A stretch of DNA of 31,108 bases from a virus (lineage: Duplodnaviria; Caudoviricetes): positions 1-31,108 of the IMG/VR virus record IMGVR_UViG_3300020161_002551; one strand, given 5' to 3'. Made by a program: the position numbers and the translations under genes. Below the pieces are notes generated by a model. It ran no database searches and was not told where the DNA came from. It saw only the letters and a program-made list of their open reading frames with translations. Shown in pieces: positions 1 to 8,369 of this stretch (position 1 is its first letter; each line of letters opens with the position of its first letter).

Positions 1-102
1 ACTGATGATGATCGTGGTGTTCGTTATTGTGCAGCACACAATCCTAATGCAACAGAATTAGTAAGGAGACTGTTTCTTATGACCGAGGCACAAAACCAAT
101 GA
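1..102 (+). CDS. 3' end of leucine-rich-repeat-variant (LRV/HEAT-like) protein, partial; paralogue of next gene
   Basis: Frame 1 reads TDDDRGVRYCAAHNPNATELVRRLFLMTEAQNQ*, nearly identical to the C-terminus of 99..347. Its stop overlaps the next ATG (ATGA). Confidence 0.8.
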   Translation, partial: TDDDRGVRYCAAHNPNATELVRRLFLMTEAQNQ

Positions 103-347
103 CGAATCTTGAACTCGCACAAGACCCAAACACAACATTAGAAATCCTGAAGACCCTTGCGACTGATGATAATTGGGGTGTTCGTTGTAGGGTTGCACAA
201 AATCCAAACACAACACTAGAGATTCTACAGGATCTTGCGACTGATAATAATTGGCATGTTCGTTATGATGCAGCACATCATCCAAATGCAACAGAATTAG
301 TAAGGAGACTGTATCTTATGACGCAGGAAAATTTGGGTATGGCATAG
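99..347 (+). CDS. Small LRV/HEAT-like repeat protein
   Basis: Repeated unit 'LA.D.NW.VR..VA.NPNTT.EIL..' is typical of LRV repeats. Confidence 0.75.
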   Translation: MTNLELAQDPNTTLEILKTLATDDNWGVRCRVAQNPNTTLEILQDLATDNNWHVRYDAAHHPNATELVRRLYLMTQENLGMA

Positions 348-368
348 GCACAAAAACAAAATGTTTAG

Positions 369-376
369 TATAAATA
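369..376 (+). promoter_or_regulatory. T4-type late promoter TATAAATA (second copy CATAAATA at 436-443)
   Basis: Exact gp55-dependent consensus upstream of the endonuclease gene. Confidence 0.65.
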
Positions 377-469
377 ATTCTGCCTTAACTGACCGCAATC
401 CGTAAGGTTGGGGAGGAGAAATCCTCTCCTCACATCATAAATAATAATGCGGTTAGTTTAAGAGCAGTT

Positions 470-1114
470 ATGGAAACTCCAAGAGAGTATTATACTTACG
501 CATACTTGCGTGAAGATCGAACTCCTTATTATATTGGTAAGGGTAGGGGAGATAGAGCATTTTCTTCAAATAGAACAATAAACAAACCAAAAGACCAATC
601 GAGAATAATCTTTCTAAAACAAAATTTAACTGAAGAAGAGGCATTTAGACACGAAGTTTATATGATTGCGGTTCTTGGTAGAAAGGATTTAGGAACAGGT
701 ATTCTTCATAATAGAACTAATGGTGGAGAAGGTAGTTCTGGCGCCATAAGAAGTGAAGAAACCAGAAGAATACTAAGTGAAAAAAATAAAGGAAAAAAAC
801 AATCCGAAGAAACCATAAGAAAACGAAGTGAGGCAAATAAAGGAAAAAAACGTTCAGAAGAAACCAGAAGAAAATTAAGTGAGATAAAGAAAGGAAAAAA
901 ACATTCTGAAGAACATAGAAGAAAAAACAGTGAAGCAAGGAAAGGAAAAAATAATCATAATTATGGAAAATCACCTTCGGAAGAAACCAGAAGAAAATTA
1001 AGTGAGGCAAAGAAAGGAAATAATAAAGGGAAAAAATGGTGGAACGACGGAAAAGGAAACACAAAACGTTCAATAGAATCTCCAGGATCAAACTGGGCTG
1101 TTGGTAGGAAGTAA
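470..1114 (+). CDS. GIY-YIG-family free-standing homing endonuclease with NUMOD3 repeats
   Basis: N-terminal YYTYAY...YYIGKG...R motif and conserved E and N ([16 protein letters not shown]). C-terminal repeats '[14 protein letters not shown]'. Confidence 0.85.
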   Translation: METPREYYTYAYLREDRTPYYIGKGRGDRAFSSNRTINKPKDQSRIIFLKQNLTEEEAFRHEVYMIAVLGRKDLGTGILHNRTNGGEGSSGAIRSEETRRILSEKNKGKKQSEETIRKRSEANKGKKRSEETRRKLSEIKKGKKHSEEHRRKNSEARKGKNNHNYGKSPSEETRRKLSEAKKGNNKGKKWWNDGKGNTKRSIESPGSNWAVGRK

Positions 1115-1630
1115 TTTTCTTAATCCATAACGAGAAATATATTCGTCTAATGCAGTATTGATAATTGAATTCATAAATTCCTCTTCTCCTGGTACGTCTA
1201 TACCTTTTTGTAATGCTGCTTGTCTTATGATTTTGAATTTATCAATTATCGTATTTTCTTCTTCAATCTTTTTTCTTTTGTTTATTAACTTTGCATGTTT
1301 GATTCTCTTTTGCCATACCAGATTCTCTACACGATTATTCTTAAAATTTTGATCTCGATGTGTGACTATCATTTTTTCGTTATCTGTATCATTAGGAATA
1401 AATGCTAGAGCAACCAAACGATGAATGTAGAAGTTTTTTATAGTTTTTGAATCATTGCTACTGAGCCTGACATAGAGATGCCCATCTCTGGACACTGCCC
1501 AGCCAGGACTCAATTTTTTTAGTTTACGATTTTTTGTGGTCCAAACATTTCCCTCAATATCTACAATGTAATCTTGGTATTTTTCCATACCTTTAATGTC
1601 TGAGACTTCTTTATGTTTAATGGTAAGCAT
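1088..1630 (-). CDS. NUMOD4-HNH homing endonuclease
   Basis: [16 protein letters not shown] (NUMOD4-like) followed by [11 protein letters not shown]...[16 protein letters not shown] (HNH_3-like). Confidence 0.8.
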   Translation of the reverse strand: MLTIKHKEVSDIKGMEKYQDYIVDIEGNVWTTKNRKLKKLSPGWAVSRDGHLYVRLSSNDSKTIKNFYIHRLVALAFIPNDTDNEKMIVTHRDQNFKNNRVENLVWQKRIKHAKLINKRKKIEEENTIIDKFKIIRQAALQKGIDVPGEEEFMNSIINTALDEYISRYGLRKLLPTNSPV

Positions 1631-1690
1631 TGTACGTTAGTTGTTACTTTTATGATATTTAGTAAAAATTAACGTTTTTTTGAGTATTTA

Positions 1691-1760
1691 ATGATACGAA
1701 TTCTTATTGTATGTTTATGATACGAATTCGTATTGTATTTTATGTTTATGATACGAATTC
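1691..1760. repeat. Three copies of ATGATACGAATTC, including 14-bp palindrome ATACGAATTCGTAT (1720-1733)
   Basis: Copies start at 1691, 1717 and 1748. Confidence 0.85.
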
Positions 1761-1800
1761 TTATCGTTTCTTTATTATTTGTTACTATTTGTTACTTATT

Positions 1801-1910
1801 CCTTATTATTGCTTATTATTGCTTATTATTCCTTATTATTGCTTATTATTGCTTATTATTGCTTATTATTGCTTATTATTGCTTATTATTGCTTATTATT
1901 GCTTATTATT
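1801..1910. repeat. Tandem repeat (G/C)CTTATTATT x11
   Basis: Directly visible 10-bp period. Confidence 0.97.
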
Positions 1911-1941
1911 GCTTCTTTATGCCAGCAGTCTTGGGCCACCT

Positions 1942-1970
1942 ATTATCGCATCCGCCCTCTTTTTTGTCAA
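1942..1970 (-). promoter_or_regulatory. Sigma70-type promoter TTGACA-17 bp-GATAAT with extended TGn, pointing into the 10-mer repeat
   Basis: Plus strand TGTCAA at 1965-1970, ATTATC at 1942-1947 and GCA at 1948-1950. Confidence 0.65.
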
Positions 1971-2046
1971 GGGGGCCACATAAAAAACTGTCCACCCCCA
2001 TCATTCATAAGGATCACATATATCACAAATGCTCATGCCCCATTAG

Positions 2047-2272
2047 CATAAAGATCAGACTTCCTTATATCACGAATACTTATGAGTAACACACATAAAG
2101 ATCAGACTTCCTTATATCACGAATACTTATGAGTAACACACATAACGATCAGACTTTCTTATATTTGTATTCCTTATGAGTAACACACATAAAGATCAGA
2201 CTTTCTTATATTTGTATTCCTTATGAGTAACACACATAAAGATCAGACTTCCTTATATCACGAATACTTATG
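2047..2272. repeat. 47-bp tandem repeat, ~4.8 copies, each containing GATC
   Basis: Units start at 2047, 2094, 2141, 2188 and 2235 (CATAAAGATCAGACTT...CTTATGAGTAACACA). Two internal variants occur in order A,A,B,B,A. Confidence 0.95.
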
Positions 2273-2287
2273 CCTGCTTTATTTTAT

Positions 2288-2360
2288 GGCAGGGTTAACG
2301 TGGCTTACTTATCGTCAACGAGCTTCTTGCTCTCTTTCTTCCCTTGTCCATATAGTCTAG
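2288..2360 (-). ncRNA. Conserved inter-cassette element, copy 1 (promoter plus putative sRNA)
   Basis: GGCAGGGTTAACGTGGCTTAC...GAGCTTCTTGCTC...CTTGT-N6-AGTCTA. The repeat is certain; the RNA interpretation is inferred. Confidence 0.6.
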
Positions 2361-2418
2361 TCGAGTATGAGCCCCAGAACCACTTCCGCAACCAGTTTCG
2401 CCACTGGCACAAGACCCA

Positions 2419-2447
2419 TTGGCCAGGGTGGTACTTGGTCCTATATT
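2419..2447 (+). promoter_or_regulatory. Early promoter TTGGCC-17 bp-TATATT (near-identical copy upstream of 6090)
   Basis: Correct -35/-10 spacing, 27 bp before the start codon. Confidence 0.55.
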
Positions 2448-2473
2448 GATGGAGTCCCAAACGGAACCAACTA

Positions 2474-3223
2474 GTGGATCTCCTGAAAATGACCAGCGGC
2501 AACGGCAAACTTGCCAAGTCTACTCTCACCTTCAGTCTTTTGGCTGGTAAGACTTGCCCCGGCGCCAATATCTGTAAGTCTTGGGTTGCTGAAGACTCCA
2601 ACAATCGTCGCAAGATTGTTGATGGTGAGAACATGCAATTCCGTTGCTTCGCTGCAAGCAACGAAGTGATGTATCCCAATACGTATAACTCACACAAGTT
2701 CAATCTCGAACAGATTGTTAAAGCTCTTCAGGTTGGAATTGATCATTGCGCTGATCTGATTCATCGCTCGATTGATGAGAATGCGATGCGTAAGACTGAC
2801 AAGGTTCGTATTCATCCTAGTGGTGACTTCTTTAACTATGCCTATATCTCTGCATGGTATAAAGTTGCAGAACGCAATCCTGATCTTAAGTTTTATTGCT
2901 ACTCTAAGTCTCTGAATCTCTTCATTCCCGATGCTCAGTGTAACACTTTCCCGCCAAACTTCTATCTTACTGCGTCGCATGGTGGCAAGTTTGATCACCT
3001 CATTGATGAAGGTTTGTTCCCTCGTTATGCGAAAGTGGTCAAGAATGATGAGGAAGCAAGTGTTCTCGGTCTCGAAGTTGATCACGATGACTCTCATTGT
3101 TTCGGCAATCGTCCGTTTGCTCTCCTAGTTCATAGTGTCCAACCTGCTGGTAGTGAATGGGGTCAAGCTATTCGTGCTCGTAAGGCGAAAGGAGAGTTTG
3201 TAGGTTACAGTAAGAAGAAGTGA
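2474..3223 (+). CDS. Phage Gp88-like protein (Cys-rich, radical-SAM-like)
   Basis: Motifs GNGKL, FSL.AG.TCPGA..C, RCFA, RIHPSGDF and YCYSK recalled from the GP88 family. GTG start. Confidence 0.65.
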   Translation: MDLLKMTSGNGKLAKSTLTFSLLAGKTCPGANICKSWVAEDSNNRRKIVDGENMQFRCFAASNEVMYPNTYNSHKFNLEQIVKALQVGIDHCADLIHRSIDENAMRKTDKVRIHPSGDFFNYAYISAWYKVAERNPDLKFYCYSKSLNLFIPDAQCNTFPPNFYLTASHGGKFDHLIDEGLFPRYAKVVKNDEEASVLGLEVDHDDSHCFGNRPFALLVHSVQPAGSEWGQAIRARKAKGEFVGYSKKK

Positions 3224-3364
3224 CATAAGATACGGGAGAGAGAGTATAACTTTCTCTCCTTTCTAGTATGATTGGCTACTGTGCCAGATGAGAAACTGTC
3301 CACTGGAATGGTTTTCTTCGTCTGTTTCCAGTATATTGATTCTGTTGGAACTGTTTTCCTTCTC

Positions 3365-3694
3365 ATGAGCAACACCATTCTTGACAATCTGGCTGACTCA
3401 TTCATTCAACAATGTATGAGTCGAGTGATGGAACAATCATACGATAAAGAGAAGTACATTGCGGCAGCAGTAGAGATTGAGAATTGTATTCTTGGACGAG
3501 AAGTTTATTATGATGATGATTATAGCGAGGTGATGAACCTAACAGACATTTGGTTCATTCAAGAGATGAACCTAACAGACATTTGGTTCATTCAAGATTC
3601 ATGGTGGGATCAATATAATGAACTGAATCTTCAAGATTCAATATACGTTCTCAACTACATTAAAGACATTTTTCCTGATACTTGGAGACCATAA
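3365..3694 (+). CDS. Acidic hypothetical protein (start reassigned to ATG 3365)
   Basis: The upstream part of the track ORF overlaps an operator/promoter region. Contains an in-frame 33-bp duplication. Confidence 0.7.
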   Translation: MSNTILDNLADSFIQQCMSRVMEQSYDKEKYIAAAVEIENCILGREVYYDDDYSEVMNLTDIWFIQEMNLTDIWFIQDSWWDQYNELNLQDSIYVLNYIKDIFPDTWRP

Positions 3695-3707
3695 AATATA
3701 AACAACT

Positions 3708-3738
3708 GAGTTGGTGGTTATTATCACCAACTCTTTTT
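3708..3738 (+). terminator. Rho-independent terminator
   Basis: GAGTTGGTG...CACCAACTC followed by TTTTT. Confidence 0.75.
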
Positions 3739-3762
3739 GTGTTTGTTATATTATTATTTCAT

Positions 3763-3834
3763 GGCAGGGTTAGCGTGGCTTACTTATCGTCAACGAGCTT
3801 CGGGCTCTCTTCTTCTCTTGTTCCCATAGTCTAG
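3763..3834 (-). ncRNA. Conserved inter-cassette element, copy 2
   Basis: Matches the repeat consensus, with TAGACT -10 on the minus strand. Confidence 0.6.
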
Positions 3835-3967
3835 TCGGTCATGAAGCCCTGTGCCACCCTGATGGACAGTTGTGGCACTGGCACACGAAGTCTGGTGGTG
3901 TCCTGTTGGTTCTGCCATCATACCTTCAGCAGCCAACCGCTGCCGCCAATTCACTTTCGATTCTTCG

Positions 3968-4501
3968 ATGGCCTACACTCTTGAGCAAGTCGCTGATCTC
4001 CTGAATAGCATCATTGTTCCTCAGGTTGATTCTGCTCCTGTTGTCGATTCCGCTCCTGTTTCTGTTCCCGATCCTATCACCGAAAAGATCAAGAAAGAGA
4101 CGGACGAAAAGGTTGCCCAGAAAATGGCAATCGTTCAGAAGAAGATTGAAGAGATTAGTCTCATCAATGCTACATTTCAGGTCATTCTTGAAGATTATCT
4201 GGGTGTACCTACGTCGGAATTGATTGTTCGATTGTTGGACAAGTGCCGCAGGAATAGCACAATGAACTTCAACGAGTTCTGTGCTGCTTATACTTTTCCT
4301 GGAATCAAAGGTGATTTGCACAAGCGTAACCTTTTGATCGTCACTTCTGCACTTTATCGTCTGAAAGTGAAGGATCTTAATGTTACTGCTAAAGGCACAC
4401 TTCGTTCCGTTGTCAAATATACTTCCATGTGCGAAGAGTGTGGAAGTCTGGCTAAGAAACTTGTTGATCGTCTTGATATTCAAGGCATCAAGTTCTCATA
4501 A
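3968..4501 (+). CDS. Hypothetical protein (start reassigned to ATG 3968, MAYTLEQ...)
   Basis: Long ORF downstream of the cassette promoter region. Confidence 0.7.
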   Translation: MAYTLEQVADLLNSIIVPQVDSAPVVDSAPVSVPDPITEKIKKETDEKVAQKMAIVQKKIEEISLINATFQVILEDYLGVPTSELIVRLLDKCRRNSTMNFNEFCAAYTFPGIKGDLHKRNLLIVTSALYRLKVKDLNVTAKGTLRSVVKYTSMCEECGSLAKKLVDRLDIQGIKFS

Positions 4502-4584
4502 GGTGACAATTCAATAACTGTCTCAGGGGCACCTAGAAGACCCTACAGTGCCCCTATAATGAATAAGTCAACCCAAGACACCTC

Positions 4585-4767
4585 ATGACTTACAAAGAAC
4601 TTCTGCAACAACTCCAACAACTCAACGAGGAACAACTCAATTCTGATGTTTGCATCTGGAATAGTGATGAATCTTTTGATGAGTTTTATCAGTATGGAGT
4701 AGAGTTTGTGTTTGCAACTGAAGAATGTCAAGCACTTGACGTTGATCACCCTATCATTCGTTTCTGA
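4585..4767 (+). CDS. Small acidic hypothetical protein
   Basis: Follows TATAAT at 4555-4560. First of five overlapping genes. Confidence 0.75.
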   Translation: MTYKELLQQLQQLNEEQLNSDVCIWNSDESFDEFYQYGVEFVFATEECQALDVDHPIIRF

Positions 4768-4898
4768 TGATGACTCCCGAAACTTACAACTTTACTGGTG
4801 ATGGTGTGACAGTTCTAGGACTGGTCGGTGTCATCTCCACTGGCATCATTCTGGTGCTATGCTTCACTCGTTACTTCAATTCTCCCCTGAGGAAATGA
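4767..4898 (+). CDS. 43-aa single-pass membrane protein (not in ORF track)
   Basis: MMTPETYNFTGDGVTVLGLVGVISTGIILVLCFTRYFNSPLRK*, with start/stop overlaps at both ends. Confidence 0.7.
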   Translation: MMTPETYNFTGDGVTVLGLVGVISTGIILVLCFTRYFNSPLRK

Positions 4899-5071
4899 CT
4901 GACCTTCGTTACTCTAATGGTACAGAACTTTTTGAGTTTCTGTATGCTAAATGTCGCCAAGATCCTGACCTGCTTGCTACTATCGTTGATGAGTACATTG
5001 TCTCTCTCAGTGATAGCAAACGGATTGAACTTGAGGACTTCCTTATGAACAACTTTGGAGATGATGAATGA
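4895..5071 (+). CDS. Small acidic hypothetical protein (start ATG 4895)
   Basis: ATGA overlap with the upstream stop. Confidence 0.7.
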   Translation: MTDLRYSNGTELFEFLYAKCRQDPDLLATIVDEYIVSLSDSKRIELEDFLMNNFGDDE

Positions 5072-5217
5072 CTGAAACTCTGCACACTGTCGAACTCACC
5101 AACCTGGAAATCTCCACCATTCTTTTCTACATTGAAGGTGGAGTGCAAGGTATTGATGAGACTGAGATTGAACCTGAAGTCTATTCAATTTTTCAAAAAC
5201 TGGAGAACGTTAAATGA
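5068..5217 (+). CDS. 49-aa acidic hypothetical protein (not in ORF track)
   Basis: MTETLHTVELTNLEISTILFYIEGGVQGIDETEIEPEVYSIFQKLENVK*, with ATGA overlaps at both ends. Confidence 0.7.
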   Translation: MTETLHTVELTNLEISTILFYIEGGVQGIDETEIEPEVYSIFQKLENVK

Positions 5218-5405
5218 ATCCCGATGATCGTGATGCCCTGATTCAATCATACATTGATCAGGTGATTGATAACATGGACACAAAGGATCTTGTTCGCATT
5301 GTATGGGAACAATTGGAGGAGAATCTTTCCCTGTATTCTGATGAAGAATTGAAGACCGAGATTGGAGATCATTATCCCGAACTGCTGGAGGATGTGACAG
5401 TCTGA
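5214..5405 (+). CDS. Highly acidic 63-aa hypothetical protein
   Basis: 18 D/E versus 4 K/R. ATGA coupling with the upstream gene. Confidence 0.75.
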   Translation: MNPDDRDALIQSYIDQVIDNMDTKDLVRIVWEQLEENLSLYSDEELKTEIGDHYPELLEDVTV

Positions 5406-5476
5406 CAACTGGCACAAGGGGTCTTGAGGTTTCTCAGGATCCCTGCAATAATACTTTTGTTCACCACAGAACTCCC

Positions 5477-5848
5477 ATGAGCAGCCAACAACAGTATTTC
5501 GGTCTCGGTGGAATCGAGCTGATCGGAACTGATACTTTCAAGTATCAAGAACAGATCGCTTTTCGTTACTGTTTTCAAGCATGGAAAGTGTTTTCAATCG
5601 AAGAGAATCTGATTGAGACTGATAGGTTCTACGTTTGGTCTGATGCTGTAGATAAAGCATACAAGATTGCAGTTGCTCATGTCTATCGTGGCCATAATGA
5701 AAAGTATCAACCTGAAGTTGATGCTGGTGAGAATGGTGGACGTTACGAAGTTGATCTGGATGAACAACATCGTGAAGTGATTGTCGAAACAAAAGAAGCA
5801 TGGAACGTCTTAATCGCTGGCAATCGAGATGACTTTTATCTCGGTTGA
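5477..5848 (+). CDS. Hypothetical protein
   Basis: Own operator/promoter at ~5396-5452, followed by a terminator. Confidence 0.75.
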   Translation: MSSQQQYFGLGGIELIGTDTFKYQEQIAFRYCFQAWKVFSIEENLIETDRFYVWSDAVDKAYKIAVAHVYRGHNEKYQPEVDAGENGGRYEVDLDEQHREVIVETKEAWNVLIAGNRDDFYLG

Positions 5849-5854
5849 TTGAGA

Positions 5855-5881
5855 AAGGGAGAGTTATACTCTCCTTTTTTT
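5855..5881 (+). terminator. Rho-independent terminator
   Basis: GGAGAG-TTATA-CTCTCC plus a T run. Related hairpins occur at ~7180, ~7746 and ~8905. Confidence 0.75.
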
Positions 5882-5906
5882 CTTAATGTTTATATTTTTT
5901 TATGAT

Positions 5907-5978
5907 GGCAGGGTCAGCGTGGCTCACTTGTCGTCATCGAGCTTCGGGCTCTCTTCTTCGCTTGTGACCCTATCCTAG
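5907..5978 (-). ncRNA. Conserved inter-cassette element, copy 3
   Basis: Consensus match, with TAGGAT -10 on the minus strand. Confidence 0.6.
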
Positions 5979-6089
5979 ACCATTCTGGCCACCAGTGCCA
6001 CCCTGATGGCCAGTTCCACCACTGGCACAAGACCCATTGGCCAGGGTGGTACTTGGCCCTATATTGATTGAGCAGTCAGCACTCCGACC

Positions 6090-6761
6090 ATGAACCGCTC
6101 CGAAGTGATGGATAAGATCAGGGCCATGATGGCTCTCAAGGAAGGCACTACCTTCGAGCAGGAAGCAGATAATGCTGCTCGAATGATTGACCGTCTTTGT
6201 GAGAAGTATGGCGTCACGGTGAATGATGCTCTCACTCCCGAAGTGTTGGATGAAAATTATCAATCGTTCAAGCGATTCGATAATGCTAATGGCATTTTGT
6301 TCTCTGCTGTCGCTACATTTTATGATGCGATGGCGTACATCTCTCGGGCAACAAAAGAACTGAAGTTGATTGGTACCGAAGCCCAACAGATTCAGGCTCG
6401 TCTTTATCATGAATACCTGTATGAAAGCATGGAGGTTGAGTGTAAGAAAGCCTATACTGCTGAGAAGATTCTGGCAGAATTGACCGGCAAAAGTATGAAC
6501 AAAGGATTCAAAGCAAACTTTAGACTTGCTTTTGCTCGTAGTGTTCAGCAACGTCTGGTGGAAAAGAAGAAAGAAGAGAATCGTATTCACGAACACGCTG
6601 GATACACAAAGGACACTCTTTCTACTCGTAGATTCTCTACTCGTAGGGTTTCATCTGCTCATGGTGATGGTGCTTTCTCTGGTGATTCTGCTGGCAATTC
6701 TGTATCTCTTCACCGGCAGGCTAATGGTTCTGCACAACGTCAACTGACTGGGGTTCGCTGA
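6090..6761 (+). CDS. DUF2786-domain protein
   Basis: N-terminal 'DKIRAMMAL...EQEADNAARMIDRLCEKYGV' fits the DUF2786 pattern. Confidence 0.7.
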   Translation: MNRSEVMDKIRAMMALKEGTTFEQEADNAARMIDRLCEKYGVTVNDALTPEVLDENYQSFKRFDNANGILFSAVATFYDAMAYISRATKELKLIGTEAQQIQARLYHEYLYESMEVECKKAYTAEKILAELTGKSMNKGFKANFRLAFARSVQQRLVEKKKEENRIHEHAGYTKDTLSTRRFSTRRVSSAHGDGAFSGDSAGNSVSLHRQANGSAQRQLTGVR

Positions 6762-6785
6762 TGCAAATGACAGTATAGTAGGCTG

Positions 6786-6818
6786 CGAGAGAGAGTAGCA
6801 ATGCTCTCTCTCCTTTTT
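6786..6818 (+). terminator. Rho-independent terminator
   Basis: GAGAGAGAG...CTCTCTCTC followed by CTTTTT. Confidence 0.7.
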
Positions 6819-6939
6819 GTATATTTTTCCGTTTTTCGTGATTCCTGTGCCAATGGTCAGACTGTCTACCAATGCTCTGAAAGGCCCCCAGAAGCCCCAG
6901 GAAGGCTGCTACAATACGGAAGACCACCTAGGACATCCC

Positions 6940-7158
6940 ATGGCTGCCATTATCCCCGATCCGTTCCGTCGCTGGGTTCAAGGCACAGCTTACGAAGCCA
7001 CCACCGACGAATACACTCAGGATGGTACCTGCATCGGCATCGGTACAATCGACATCACCAGACATGCCCGAGCCTGTGGCGTAACCTACGCATCGCCAGT
7101 TTCTTATACCAAACCAGAGAAAGACTTGGGTGATCTGTTTCTTGAATTGTTCGGTTGA
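6940..7158 (+). CDS. Hypothetical protein (start reassigned to ATG 6940, MAAIIPD...)
   Basis: Preceded by extended -10 TGCTACAAT (~6907-6915). Confidence 0.65.
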   Translation: MAAIIPDPFRRWVQGTAYEATTDEYTQDGTCIGIGTIDITRHARACGVTYASPVSYTKPEKDLGDLFLELFG

Positions 7159-7231
7159 TAACTATAACAATTCATAAGGAAGGGAGAGTATAACTCTCCT
7201 TTTTTTTCTATTGTTTATATTTTTTTATGAT

Positions 7232-7303
7232 GGCAGGGTTAGCGTGGCTTACTTGTCGTCGTCGAGCTTCGGGCTCTCTTCTTCTCTTGTCCCTATAGTC
7301 TAG
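7232..7303 (-). ncRNA. Conserved inter-cassette element, copy 4
   Basis: Consensus match. Confidence 0.6.
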
Positions 7304-7413
7304 TCCATCATGGGGCTCCCAGCCTCTCCAGTGGACGGTTTGACCACTGGCACAATGGGGTTGACTTTTCGTTTAATCGGTGCAATCATTAATGGGTAGT
7401 CAACCAATCGACC

Positions 7414-7737
7414 ATGGATTATTCCAAAGCGGTGATGTCTCTGCTGAATAAGTTCCAAACGAGGGGTGTAGCCATCACCCGAATTTATGATGGCATGGAG
7501 TGGGAGAAAGTGACTGGAGATCATAATCTTCAGATTAGAAAGAATGCGACCGAGATTGTCACGTCGGTTGACATCTCTACCGTGCAGGTTGAGCATGATG
7601 GAGTGATCGGATTGTTGACTATTGTTCTTGGAAACGATGAAAGTGAGATTCTTTGTGATTATAGCGCAAAAAAAGATTCACAGTTGATGCACATTATTGA
7701 TAAAGTTGCGGATGAGTTCTATACACAATGGGAGTGA
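7414..7737 (+). CDS. Hypothetical protein
   Basis: Single-gene cassette between copies 4 and 5. Confidence 0.75.
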   Translation: MDYSKAVMSLLNKFQTRGVAITRIYDGMEWEKVTGDHNLQIRKNATEIVTSVDISTVQVEHDGVIGLLTIVLGNDESEILCDYSAKKDSQLMHIIDKVADEFYTQWE

Positions 7738-7795
7738 TACTTTCGGGGGGAGTTATACTCTCCCTTTTTTCTTAATCTTTATACTATTATTAAAT

Positions 7796-7866
7796 GGCAG
7801 GGTTAGCGTGGCTTACTTTCGTCGTCAGCCTTCGGGGCCTCGTCTTCCTTTGTTCCCATAGTCTAC
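7796..7866 (-). ncRNA. Conserved inter-cassette element, copy 5 (GCC/GGC hairpin variant)
   Basis: Consensus match, with TGG-TAGACT on the minus strand. Confidence 0.6.
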
Positions 7867-7935
7867 CATGCCACAGGCCCAGTGCATCATCAGTATTTCT
7901 GATCTGTAACATAAAAAACTTTTATCGTTTAGGTA

Positions 7936-7964
7936 TTGACTTGGCCATGGTTGATCTGTATTCT
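7936..7964 (+). promoter_or_regulatory. Early promoter TTGACT-17 bp-TATTCT
   Basis: Canonical spacing, immediately before the shared leader and ATG 7995. Confidence 0.65.
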
Positions 7965-7994
7965 ATTGGAGTCGTCAGGGATTCCTCTCCCACC

Positions 7995-8309
7995 ATGCGT
8001 AAGATCGAACGTCTGATGAATGATGCAATCAAGGCATCAAAAGACTGGAAACTCGACAACACTGCCGTGGTCGCACTTGACAATCATTCTGAGGTTTATC
8101 TTTATGACAATCTTATCGCAAGGATTGGAGAAACCTGGATTCAACTTTTCGATGGTGGATGGAGAACACACACCACAAAGTCTCGCCTGAACGCTATTCT
8201 CGAAGGCAATGGATTGCCCGAGGAAGGTGTATTCCAAAAGAAAGGAGTTTGGTACGTTCTGTATAATGGATCTCCCATTCCATTCTTTTCAGGTATGCGT
8301 CTGAATTGA
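7995..8309 (+). CDS. Cyanophage-type hypothetical protein (MRKIERLMNDAI..., start reassigned)
   Basis: ATG follows the shared leader GGAGTCGTCAGGGATTCC. Motif TTKSRLNA. Confidence 0.8.
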   Translation: MRKIERLMNDAIKASKDWKLDNTAVVALDNHSEVYLYDNLIARIGETWIQLFDGGWRTHTTKSRLNAILEGNGLPEEGVFQKKGVWYVLYNGSPIPFFSGMRLN

Positions 8310-8315
8310 TTGTAT

Positions 8316-8347
8316 AAAGAATGAACCAAAAGTTCATTCTTTTTTTT
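8316..8347 (+). terminator. Rho-independent terminator (same hairpin at ~11021-11053; covarying version at ~12432-12460)
   Basis: AAAGAATGAAC-CAAAA-GTTCATTCTTT plus a T run. Confidence 0.75.
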
Positions 8348-8369
8348 ATTCTTTATACTTTAGTATCAA

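Noticed and set aside
1711-2089. Three Leu/Ile/Tyr/Cys-rich ORFs
   Set aside because: They are translations of the stop-free 10-bp tandem repeat.
3780-3827. Minus-strand peptide encoded by the repeat (MGTREEESPKLVDDK*, FLAG-like DDDK end)
   Set aside because: The ATG is absent from most copies, lies upstream of the predicted +1, and the frame changes between copies.
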